Shown piece by piece: positions 1 through 8,010 of a stretch of 64,000 bases of DNA. The position numbers were made by a program, and so were the translations under genes. Each line of letters starts with the position of its first letter. Positions within the stretch are counted from its first letter, which is position 1. The stretch is from Candidatus Dormibacteria bacterium (GTDB taxonomy: Bacteria > Chloroflexota > Dormibacteria > Aeolococcales > Bog-877). The DNA lies in contig JBOHUL010000046.1 of the NCBI GenBank assembly GCA_050734425.1, positions 72-64,071 on the forward strand, read 5' to 3'. The notes under the pieces are model-generated. The model did no database searches and was not told the origin of the DNA. It worked only from the letters and a program-made list of their open reading frames with translations.

Positions 1-670
1 TGCTCTGGATCCCCACCCTGCCCGGGCCACGGAACCGATTGAATATGAGTTCGCCTACGCCTGCAAAGAGACCGGTACGCAATCCGTAGACGGCAGGTCG
101 CATGCGCACGGTCGGGTCCATGTAGACCCAGCCCCCCGGCTCGACGTCGATCTCCTCTTGGTCGGCCAGGACCTTTTCGAAGACGTTCCCGAAGCCGTGC
201 AGCCAGACCACTCCGTCGGCGTCTCGAGCGTCGAATCGGTCGACCCAGAAGCCGTTGTTGCCGAAGAGGTTGTTGCTTAGGCCCCGGAGATGGCTGGCGC
301 TGTATCGGACCGAGCCGGTGGCCGCGAGGAACTGGTTCTCCCGGACCACTATCGCGGCACCTCTAGGAAGCTCGAGCGGAAAGACTTGGCCGGGAGCGTC
401 GCGGGAAAATGCGATCTCGCCATGGCCCTTGGCCTCAGTCAGGAAGACCTGCCTCCCCGCGACCATGCGGCGGATCGCGCCTCGCACCGCCTTCAGCTTG
501 ATGGCGAGCTGGGGGTCCTTCCACAGCACCACGTGGTGTTCGAAGTAGACCGCCATCGACCCGTCCAGGCTGCAGTGCAGGATGGGCACCAATTCCCCCT
601 CGATGAGGTACGTGATCCCCGGGGCCAGGCCCTCGCGGATGTGTGTGGGAAGTAGCTGGGGAGGGTTCAC
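1..670 (-). CDS. AIM24 family protein (TIGR00266/DUF124). N-terminal portion only; the gene runs off the window start.
   Basis: Own translation of the minus strand gives a GTG start at 670 preceded by GGAGG, with a TGA stop 3 codons upstream in frame. The product (MNPPQLLPTHIREGLAPGITYLIEGELVPILHCSLDGSMAVYFEHH...GFWVDRFDARDADGVVWLHGFGNVFEKVLADQEEIDVEPGGWVYMDPTVRM...) matches the AIM24 fold. It is absent from the ORF track because it hits the window edge. Confidence 0.7.
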   Translation of the reverse strand, partial: MNPPQLLPTHIREGLAPGITYLIEGELVPILHCSLDGSMAVYFEHHVVLWKDPQLAIKLKAVRGAIRRMVAGRQVFLTEAKGHGEIAFSRDAPGQVFPLELPRGAAIVVRENQFLAATGSVRYSASHLRGLSNNLFGNNGFWVDRFDARDADGVVWLHGFGNVFEKVLADQEEIDVEPGGWVYMDPTVRMRPAVYGLRTGLFAGVGELIFNRFRGPGRVGIQS

Positions 671-730
671 CTTGTGCCTCCAGTGGTGTCTTTCACCTCA
701 GAGTGTCCCGCGCCAGGGACGCGCCGGTGC

Positions 731-1700
731 CTAACCGCCCGGGATCAGCACCAGCTTGGCGTGCGGCGACGTCGCTTGGCGGGCGAAGGCGCTGGCAACC
801 TGGCTCAGGGGCAGTTCGACGGTGTCGACCAGCAGCGCGCCACTTCCCACCAGGTCCGCCAAGGCGACATAGGCGTGGGCGCGGGTCTCCCAGCTCGTCG
901 CCGGGCTGGAGTGTCCGAGGAGGCGCAGTTGCCGTCCCCGGATGAGTCCTGAGTCCAGAGTGGCCCGTGCGCCTGCGCTCTGCCCCAGGTGGACGATCCG
1001 AGCTCCCTGGCGGCACCCGCGCAGCGCCGCCTGCAGGGGAAGTCCCCATAGAGGATCGAAGACCAGGTCCAGCTCCCCCTCGGCAGCTGCCATGAACTGC
1101 TGGCAAAGCTGCTCCTCGTCTTGCTCGGCAATAGCGACGGTGGCATTGGCGCCCAGCTCCCGGGCGCGGGCCAGCGCACCCTGGTCGCGGCCCGCGGCGA
1201 CGATCCGGCTGGCGCCTCGGATCCTGGCCAACTGGACCGCCAGCCGGCCCACCGCTCCGGTCGCCCCCAGCACCAGGATCCTTTCACCTGCTCCCAGCTG
1301 CGCCTTGTCCACCAGGGCGATCCAGGCTGCCATACCTGCCACTCCCAGTGCCGCCGCGACTGCGGCATCGAGCCCGTTGGGGACTGACAGGCAGGTGGCA
1401 GATTCGGCGAGCGCCAGCTCGGCGAAGGTCCCCCCCGCTCCCCGGGCGGGCTGGAAGCGCACGAGGGTGCCCGGTAGGGGGTGCGGACCCTCCATGACCC
1501 TGCCCACGCCCTCGGACCCCGGCACGTAGGGGACGGTCGGAACTCCGCTGTGGTGCCTCCCGGAGGCGATCCAGAGATCCACCGGGTTGAGGGCTGCCGC
1601 CAGCACCTGCACCAGCGCCTGCCCGGGACTGGGGCGGGGCGGGTCGAGCTGCCGCACCACCGGCGGCTGCCCCATGCTCTCGATCAGAGCCGCCAGCATG
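731..1700 (-). CDS. Zinc-binding alcohol dehydrogenase / quinone oxidoreductase family (MDR superfamily)
   Basis: Part of ORF 731..1771. Matches MDR hallmarks: N-terminal GroES-like region, and the NAD(P) Rossmann motif LVLGATGAVGRLAVQLARIRGASRIVAAG. I prefer the internal ATG at 1700 (MLAALIES...), which avoids overlap with the upstream gene. Confidence 0.75.
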
Positions 1701-1719
1701 CCGGGGCGGTGAGGCCGAC

Positions 1720-2592
1720 CTAGAGACTGGCGGTCGGGAGGCCGCCGCTGGTGACGGTGAAGGTCTCCCACATCCCACGGTCCTCATGGCCCGGCAGCAG
1801 GCAGGCCAGGCGATACCTTCCGGGGGTCGCGGCGAGGAACGTGAAGGTCGCCGTCTGCCCGGGCGCGGTCCCCGTGGTGGGGCTGGGGGTGGAGGCTCCG
1901 GGGAAGGCGGGGGTGGTCGTGGTGCCGCCGCTGACGACGGCGGCGGAGTGGTTGATGGCGCCGACGTTGCTGAAGTTCACCACCACCGTCCAGCCCACCG
2001 GCACCGAGACCTTCATCGCCCCATTCGCCTCGCCATCGAAGTCGAGGCCGAGATTGACCCCCTTGTAGCCCGCCAGCGCCTTCCAGGTCAGGGTCTTGGT
2101 TGCGGCGTCGTAGGAGACGAACTGGTCAAGGGTGACTGTGCTGGGGCTGGCGGAGGGGCTGGCCGTCGGCGACGGGCTGGGGGACGGCTTGGCGTGGGGG
2201 CTGGGGGACGGCTTGGGCTTGAGCGGCACCAGGAACTCTGGCTGTGCCGAGACCAGCCCGTTGACGGTGAAGCTGAGGGTCTGGGCCTGGGTGATCTTGT
2301 TGGAGAGCACCCACTGGGTGAAGGGGTGGGCTTTGGGGTCGGTCGCCGTGGCCGAGAGGGTGACCCGGTCGCCGCAGGCGGCGAGGATGGTGTTGAGGTC
2401 GCGCCTCAGGGTGTATTCGTGGCCGCCCACCTTGGCCCTAACCGTCCCCAGCACCGTGGTGCCCGAGGTCGGGATCTTGACCACCACCGAGCAGCCAACC
2501 CCGGCCGCCGGGGCGCTGTAGGGGGTGGTGCCGCAACCGGCGGCGAGCGCCGCCAGCCCCAGGGGCAGCAGCAACGACGGGAGGAAGCGCAT
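1720..2592 (-). CDS. Lipoprotein with a PS-rich linker and a C-terminal sulfocyanin-like cupredoxin (type 1 copper) domain
   Basis: Signal peptide plus lipobox (MRFLPSLLLPLGLAALAAGCG). Low-complexity KPKPSPSPHAKPSPSPSPTASPSASPS linker. C-terminal His/Cys/His/Met ligand pattern (INHSAAV ... LACLLPGHEDRGMW). The alternative upstream start at 2631 cannot be excluded. Confidence 0.65.
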   Translation of the reverse strand: MRFLPSLLLPLGLAALAAGCGTTPYSAPAAGVGCSVVVKIPTSGTTVLGTVRAKVGGHEYTLRRDLNTILAACGDRVTLSATATDPKAHPFTQWVLSNKITQAQTLSFTVNGLVSAQPEFLVPLKPKPSPSPHAKPSPSPSPTASPSASPSTVTLDQFVSYDAATKTLTWKALAGYKGVNLGLDFDGEANGAMKVSVPVGWTVVVNFSNVGAINHSAAVVSGGTTTTPAFPGASTPSPTTGTAPGQTATFTFLAATPGRYRLACLLPGHEDRGMWETFTVTSGGLPTASL

Positions 2593-2720
2593 CAGGCCCT
2601 TCGACCGGGCCGGGGCGCCACCGCGATCCATCCCGATCAGGGTAGCGGAACACCCTTGGCCGAAGGCAGCCCGAGCGGCCAGGATGCCAAATTGCCGCGC
2701 GCGCGCTACCTTAGTTCCCG

Positions 2721-3017
2721 GTGAGTGCGACGGACGAGCTGGTGGTCAGCGAGACCGGCTTCGACCTCAGAGAAAGGGCGCGCCGCGACCGCCCCTGGAA
2801 GGTGGTGGTCTGGAACGATCCGGTCACCCTCATGAGCTACGTCGTCTTCGTCTTCCGGCGTCTCTTTGGCTTCGATCAAGAGACGGCCACCAGGCTCATG
2901 CTCCAGGTCCACAACGAGGGCAAGGCCGTGGTCGCGACCGAGCCAAGGGAGCGGGCCGAGGTGGCAGTGGCCCAACTCCACGCCCACGGCCTCCAGGCGA
3001 CCCTCGGCCGCGACTGA
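2721..3017 (+). CDS. clpS: ATP-dependent Clp protease adaptor ClpS
   Basis: 98-aa product with the ClpS core ([47 protein letters not shown]). GTG start. Confidence 0.85.
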   Translation: MSATDELVVSETGFDLRERARRDRPWKVVVWNDPVTLMSYVVFVFRRLFGFDQETATRLMLQVHNEGKAVVATEPRERAEVAVAQLHAHGLQATLGRD

Positions 3018-3019
3018 CC

Positions 3020-3493
3020 GTGGCCCAGATCAGCCGGGAGGGCGATCAGGTCTGCGTGCGCGTCGGCCGGGGGGAGCGGCGGGCGCTGCTCCAGATCTTG
3101 GAGCGGCTGGAGCGGATGGTCCCCGAGTGCAAGTGGGCCAATCCCCGGGCCTACCAGGAGGAGGAGGCGGAGGCGGAGTTCCGCCGCCTGGTGGGCAGCG
3201 AACTCACTGAGAACCGCAACCAGGACCTGGCCCAAGTGCACCGGGGATTGGAGGCGGACCAGCGGATCCTGCTCTCGGTGGAGGAGGCCGTCGCCTGGAT
3301 GCGGGCCCTCAATGTGCTGCGTCTCGCGCTGGGCGAGCGGCTGGGAATCGTCGCCGACGGCTGGGAGGATCACTACACCCTGCAGCAGCATCGTCAGCCC
3401 CCGCTGGCGACCCTCCACCTCTTGAGCTGGGTCCAGGAGGGCTTGGTGGAGGCGCTCAACTCCCCGGGCACCTCGGGGGTTGTCTCGACCTAG
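3020..3493 (+). CDS. DUF2017 domain protein (the usual ClpS partner in Actinomycetota)
   Basis: In-frame GTG at 3020 immediately after the clpS stop. It is the C-terminal part of track ORF 2525..3493. The clpS-DUF2017 pairing is well established. Confidence 0.6.
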   Translation: MAQISREGDQVCVRVGRGERRALLQILERLERMVPECKWANPRAYQEEEAEAEFRRLVGSELTENRNQDLAQVHRGLEADQRILLSVEEAVAWMRALNVLRLALGERLGIVADGWEDHYTLQQHRQPPLATLHLLSWVQEGLVEALNSPGTSGVVST

Positions 3494-3564
3494 GCCAAGC
3501 CCTGCGTTGCGTCCGATCCGCCTGGGGCCCGTCCTGGATGCCAAGGTGCGGATCTCCGACACCG

Positions 3565-3822
3565 TCAGCTTGCTGACCGATGCTGAAACAGCCCCCGACG
3601 GCCCCCATCTTCTGAGCCGTGCGCATCCGGACTCCCAGGGCACGCCCCCTTTGGCCCCACCCGTTCGCACCGCTGGACGGTGAGCCCGGAAGCCAGGTCG
3701 GGGCCGGCGTCGCAATGAAACCGCGTCGGGCCAGCAAGCTCGGCGGCCGCGGCGACAAAGAGGTCCGGGATGGCCACACCGCGGTGTGGGCCCTGGCGCG
3801 CCAGGGCCGCTCGAACGTTCAC
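3565..3822 (-). pseudogene. Possible VapC/PIN-domain toxin remnant (C-terminal half only)
   Basis: The 85-aa ORF carries RAALARQGPHRGVAIPDLFVAAAAELAGPTRFHCDAGPDL, resembling the C-terminal half of VapC (…RARAAGRAISPADGYIAATAAANGLALATRD…). No PIN N-terminus is present. The same frame upstream is closed by a TAA at about 3918. Confidence 0.25.
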
Positions 3823-4127
3823 CGCACATCCACGCCACCTTCGCCCACCTCCGGCCCCCGGAGGCTGTTGCGATCGGCGAGGGTAGCCAGGTGGGCAGCT
3901 GTCGCGCCACGCGCGTTAGGGGAGCTCCAGGTCGACGATGCCCCAGGCGGCGAGCTCAACGGCGAGGAAGAACTGGCGCATGATCCCCTCGCCGTCGAGG
4001 CGCGGCGCCGCCGCGTGCACCAGGCCGGTCTGCGATTCCCCGCGCCATCCGCAGGACGTTTGGGCCTAGATCGTCCACCGCTGAGATTGGCGCTGGAAGC
4101 CGCTCTCGATCTAGTCGGCCTTTCGGA

Positions 4128-5588
4128 CTATTTGGGTGACCCTTCCCACAGCTGCTGCATCCAGCTCTCGAGCTCGTCGGGGGCCGAGGGCAGCCCCTGG
4201 CTCAGGATGCGGTGGCCTTCCTCAGTCACCAGGACGTCGTCCTCGATCCGGACTCCGATTCCGCGCAGCTCCTCAGGCACCGTGAGGTCGTGGGGCTGGA
4301 AGTAGAGACCCGGCTCCACTGTCAGGACCATCCCCACCTCGAGGCTGCCCCTTCGGTAGGTTTCCTCCCGGGCCCTAGAGCAGTCGTGGACGTCGAGGCC
4401 GAGCATGTGGCTCACGCCGTGAAGGGCGTAGCGCATGTGCAGCTGGCTCTCGGGCGTCAGTGACTCGTCGGCGCGGACGGGGAGCAGGCCCAGGCCCTCC
4501 AGGCCCTGGGCCAGGACTGCCATCGCCGCCCGGTTGGGGGCGAGAAAGTCGTTGCCCGGCTGGACCTCTGCGAACGCTGCCTCCTGGGCCCGGTAAACGA
4601 GCTCGTACACCTGGCGCTGGGCGGGGCTGAAGCGGCCGTTGATGGGCATGGTCCGGGTGATGTCGGCGGTGTAGAAGCGGCTGCTCTCGACCCCAGCGTC
4701 CAGCAGCAGCAGTTCCCCGGGCCGAACCTGGCCCGTGTTCTTGCTCCAGTGGAGGATGGTGGCGTGGCTGCCCGCGGCGGCAATGGTGGCGTACCCGGTG
4801 TCATTGCCCCCGGTCCGGGCCCGACGGAAGAAGGCGACCTCGACGTCCCGTTCGGAGCGGGCCTGGGGCAAGGCCCGGACCACCTCCTCGAAGCCCTGGC
4901 GGGTGAGGTCGCAGGCCTCCTCCAGGGCCTCCACCTCGAGCTGGTCTTTGATCAGCCGCTGTTCTGAGAGCTGGGTCGCCAGCTCCTGGTCGGGACCGGC
5001 CAGGTCGGAGGCCAAGCGGTCCACCTTGGGGTCGACACCTCGCAGCACAACCCCCCGATCGTGGCCCTGGATGAGCTGCGCCAGCTCCGCGATGGGGCGC
5101 GCCTCGACCCCCAGGCGCTGCTGGGTAACCTCCAGCCCTCGGCCGGGGCCGACCCAGAAGACCCCCTTGACCCGATCGGTGAAGAAATCGCTCTTGCTGA
5201 AGTCGGCCGAAGGCTCGGTGAAGATCGACATGCGGTGACCGCCGCCGGAGTCCGGCTCCAGGACCAGGACCTCGTCGGGCTCGCCCTCGCCGACAAGGTA
5301 GAGGTAGTCGGTGGAGGGGCGGAATGGGAAGGTGGTGTCGTTGGCCCGGACCTTATCCACCCCGGCCGGGACCACCACCAGCATCCCCGGGAAGCCGGCC
5401 GACAAGCGCTCCCGCCGCGCCTGGTAGCGCTCCCCGCCTGGCAGTGGCTTGGCGGGCGGGGCAGGGCTCCGGTCCCAGCCCGTGGTCATGAAGTCCAGCA
5501 GGGCCTTGGGCGGCTGCTGGTCGTGGGCCACCCGCGAGCTCCTCGAGTCCTCCGGCTCCTGCGACTCTGCCGTCTTCTCAGTGCCCAT
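4128..5588 (-). CDS. pepP: Xaa-Pro aminopeptidase (aminopeptidase P, M24B family)
   Basis: 486 aa. N-terminal creatinase-like region plus C-terminal M24 pita-bread domain with metal ligands (DAGVESSRFYTADITRT, HGVSHMLGLDVHD, EPGLY, VRIEDDVLVT). Confidence 0.85.
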   Translation of the reverse strand: MGTEKTAESQEPEDSRSSRVAHDQQPPKALLDFMTTGWDRSPAPPAKPLPGGERYQARRERLSAGFPGMLVVVPAGVDKVRANDTTFPFRPSTDYLYLVGEGEPDEVLVLEPDSGGGHRMSIFTEPSADFSKSDFFTDRVKGVFWVGPGRGLEVTQQRLGVEARPIAELAQLIQGHDRGVVLRGVDPKVDRLASDLAGPDQELATQLSEQRLIKDQLEVEALEEACDLTRQGFEEVVRALPQARSERDVEVAFFRRARTGGNDTGYATIAAAGSHATILHWSKNTGQVRPGELLLLDAGVESSRFYTADITRTMPINGRFSPAQRQVYELVYRAQEAAFAEVQPGNDFLAPNRAAMAVLAQGLEGLGLLPVRADESLTPESQLHMRYALHGVSHMLGLDVHDCSRAREETYRRGSLEVGMVLTVEPGLYFQPHDLTVPEELRGIGVRIEDDVLVTEEGHRILSQGLPSAPDELESWMQQLWEGSPK

Positions 5589-5668
5589 GGCTCACGATCT
5601 TACGGAGATCGCGCCCCCATGACCGGCCCCGGTTTGGATGGCGGTCGGGATCGCGGGGCCGCTACCTT

Positions 5669-7984
5669 TTGAGCGTGCGTGCGGTCGAGCGTTTCCATGT
5701 CCGGAGACCCGCGCCCGCCGTAGAGCCACTGGCGCCGGGCTCGATGCCGCGGGTGGCCTACTTCTCCCCCGAGTTCGGGGTCAGCGTGGACATCCCCCAG
5801 TACTCGGGCGGACTGGGAGTCCTGGCGGGCGACTACCTCCAGGTCTGCGCCGACGAGGGCTGGCCCTTGGTAGGGGTCGGCCTCTTCTACCAGCACGGCT
5901 ACTTCCATCAGCACCTGGACCAGGACGGCTGGCAGCGGGAGGCCTACCTGGAGCAGGATGCCGAAGCGCTGGGGCTGGCGCCAGTCGAGGCGGGACGGGT
6001 GGAGCTTGAGCTCGGGGGAGGCCAGCTCGGGGCCCGGGTCTGGCGCCAGAGCGTAGGGGAGGTCCCTCTCTACCTGCTCGACACCACCGGCGTGGGCAAC
6101 CCCCCCGACCTTGCCGACACCACCGACCGTCTCTACGGCGGCGACACCGAGCATCGCCTGCGCCAGGAGATCCTCCTGGGCATGGGCGGGGTGCGGGCCC
6201 TGGAGCTGACGGGCGAGCGGCCCCTGCTCTTCCACAGCAACGAGGGCCACGCCGGCTTCCTCGTCCTGGAGCGGGTCCGCCGGCTGGTCACTGACGAGGG
6301 CCTGGACTTCGAGGAGGCGCTGGTGGCGGCGCGGGCGGGCACCATCTTCACCACCCACACCCCGGTGCCGGCGGGGATCGACCACTTCCCCAAAGGGCTG
6401 ATGGCGAAGTACTTCCGGAGCTGGTGCCAGGAAGTGGGGGTTGGGCTGGATCGGCTCATGGAGCTGGGGCACTTTCCCGGGCAGGGCCAAGACGATCCCT
6501 TCAACATGGCGGTCCTGGGGTTGCGGCTTTCGTCCCAGGCCAACGCCGTCTCCCAGCTCCACCGCCAGGTGAGCCAGAGGATGTTCTCCCGGCTCTGGCC
6601 CGACCTCCTCCCCGAGGAGGTGCCGATCAAGGCCGTGACCAACGGTGTCCACGCCCGGAATTGGATCTCCCCCGAGATGCGCCACCTGCTGGAGCGCTAC
6701 CTCGGGCCCCGCTGGGACGTGCACGGCGCGGTGGACTGGTCCCGGCTCAAGGCCGTCTCGGACCAGGAGCTCCTGCAGGCCCGTCGCGGGGGGCGGCTGC
6801 GCCTGGTCGAGGGGGTCCGGGGGCGTCTGCGGCAGCGGGCCCACGCGACCAGCCCATCCGCCTGGGTCGAGGAGACCCTCGATCCGGGCGCCCTGACCAT
6901 CGGCTTCGCCCGCCGGGTGGCCGAGTACAAGAGGGCACTCCTGCTCTTCTCCCAGCCGGAGCGCTTGGCCCGGCTCCTGCTCGACGAAGAGCGGCCGGTG
7001 CAGCTGGTCATCGCCGGGAAGGCCCATCCCCAGGACCAGCGCGGCAAGGAGATCATCCGCTCCTTGGCGCTGGCGGCGCGGTCGCCGGAGCTGCGCCGGG
7101 CGGTGGTCTTCCTCGAGGACTACGACATCGCCGTCGCGGCCATGCTCTACCAGGGCTCGGACCTCTGGCTCAACACCCCGAGGCGGCCGATGGAGGCCTG
7201 CGGCACCAGCGGCCAGAAGGCGCTGCTCAGCGGCGCCCTCAACTGCTCGGTCCTCGACGGCTGGTGGGACGAGGCCTGGGACGGCGAGTCCGGCTTCGCC
7301 ATCCCCTCCTTCGAGGAGATCGAGGACCAGGAGGAGCGCGACCGGCGGGAGACCGAGGCCCTCTTCCAGCTGCTGGAGCAGGAGGTGGTGCCCACCTTCT
7401 TCTCCCGCGAAGGGACGGGGATCCCCCACCGCTGGCTGGCCCGGGTGCGCCACTCCCTGGAGACGCTCGGGCCCTTCGTCCTCGGGTCCCGGATGGTGAC
7501 CGACTACGTCCGACTCCTCTACCAGCCCGCGGTCGACGCCCAGACCTTCCTCCCGGGAGAGCGGCACCAGGCGGCCCGGGAGCGGGCCGCCTGGTGGGCG
7601 CGGGTGCGCCACGACTTCGCCCGGACCCGGGTCTCGGCGCGGGCCATCCCCGGGGACAGCAGCGGCGCCTCGCCGCCTGCGGGAGGGGAGAAGGTGGTCG
7701 AGGCCCTGGTCGACCTGGGGGCGCTGCGGCCCGAGGACGTCCAGGTCGAGCTGATCCACGGCACCGTCGGCGCCGACGGCCACCTCATCTCCCCCAAGGT
7801 GGAGTCGATGGTCGAGGACCAGCCCCACTCCAACCGCAGCCGTCGCTATCTGGGCCAGCTGGTGCTGGGCGCCCCCGGAGACTACGGCTACACCGTCCGG
7901 GTGCTGCCCCGGCCCCCCAGCAGCGATCCGCTGCCGGCGGAGACCCCGGTGAGCTGGGCCGAGATCCTGCGGGGGGCCGTCTGA
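5669..7984 (+). CDS. glgP: Alpha-glucan (glycogen/maltodextrin) phosphorylase, GT35 'alpha-glucan family phosphorylase' type
   Basis: 771 aa. Contains AYFSPEFGVS...GGLGVLAGDYL and the TPVPAGIDHF, VTNGVH, NTPRRPMEACGTSGQKA (PLP-Lys region) motifs typical of the family. N-terminal VRAVERFHVRR resembles the long-form start (KALRRFTVRA). Confidence 0.85.
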   Translation: MSVRAVERFHVRRPAPAVEPLAPGSMPRVAYFSPEFGVSVDIPQYSGGLGVLAGDYLQVCADEGWPLVGVGLFYQHGYFHQHLDQDGWQREAYLEQDAEALGLAPVEAGRVELELGGGQLGARVWRQSVGEVPLYLLDTTGVGNPPDLADTTDRLYGGDTEHRLRQEILLGMGGVRALELTGERPLLFHSNEGHAGFLVLERVRRLVTDEGLDFEEALVAARAGTIFTTHTPVPAGIDHFPKGLMAKYFRSWCQEVGVGLDRLMELGHFPGQGQDDPFNMAVLGLRLSSQANAVSQLHRQVSQRMFSRLWPDLLPEEVPIKAVTNGVHARNWISPEMRHLLERYLGPRWDVHGAVDWSRLKAVSDQELLQARRGGRLRLVEGVRGRLRQRAHATSPSAWVEETLDPGALTIGFARRVAEYKRALLLFSQPERLARLLLDEERPVQLVIAGKAHPQDQRGKEIIRSLALAARSPELRRAVVFLEDYDIAVAAMLYQGSDLWLNTPRRPMEACGTSGQKALLSGALNCSVLDGWWDEAWDGESGFAIPSFEEIEDQEERDRRETEALFQLLEQEVVPTFFSREGTGIPHRWLARVRHSLETLGPFVLGSRMVTDYVRLLYQPAVDAQTFLPGERHQAARERAAWWARVRHDFARTRVSARAIPGDSSGASPPAGGEKVVEALVDLGALRPEDVQVELIHGTVGADGHLISPKVESMVEDQPHSNRSRRYLGQLVLGAPGDYGYTVRVLPRPPSSDPLPAETPVSWAEILRGAV

Positions 7985-8010
7985 CGGAACGACGGGGGAG
8001 CGCCCCGGAG

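Noticed and set aside
2150-2235. Short tandem nucleotide repeat (ggctggg/ggacggcttgg units) that might suggest a repeat element or CRISPR-like periodicity
   Set aside because: It encodes the Pro/Ser-rich linker (KPKPSPSPHAKPSPSPSP…) of the cupredoxin lipoprotein. The repeat units are too short and irregular, and there are no spacers. It is coding low-complexity sequence.
6424-8010. 5' part of the 1098-aa track ORF 6424..9720 (+), which overlaps glgP in another frame
   Set aside because: It lies entirely within the well-supported glgP reading frame. Its predicted product is low-complexity Gly/Arg/Pro-rich, typical of off-frame translation of high-GC DNA. Only the 3' portion after the glgP stop (8011-9720) looks like a real gene.
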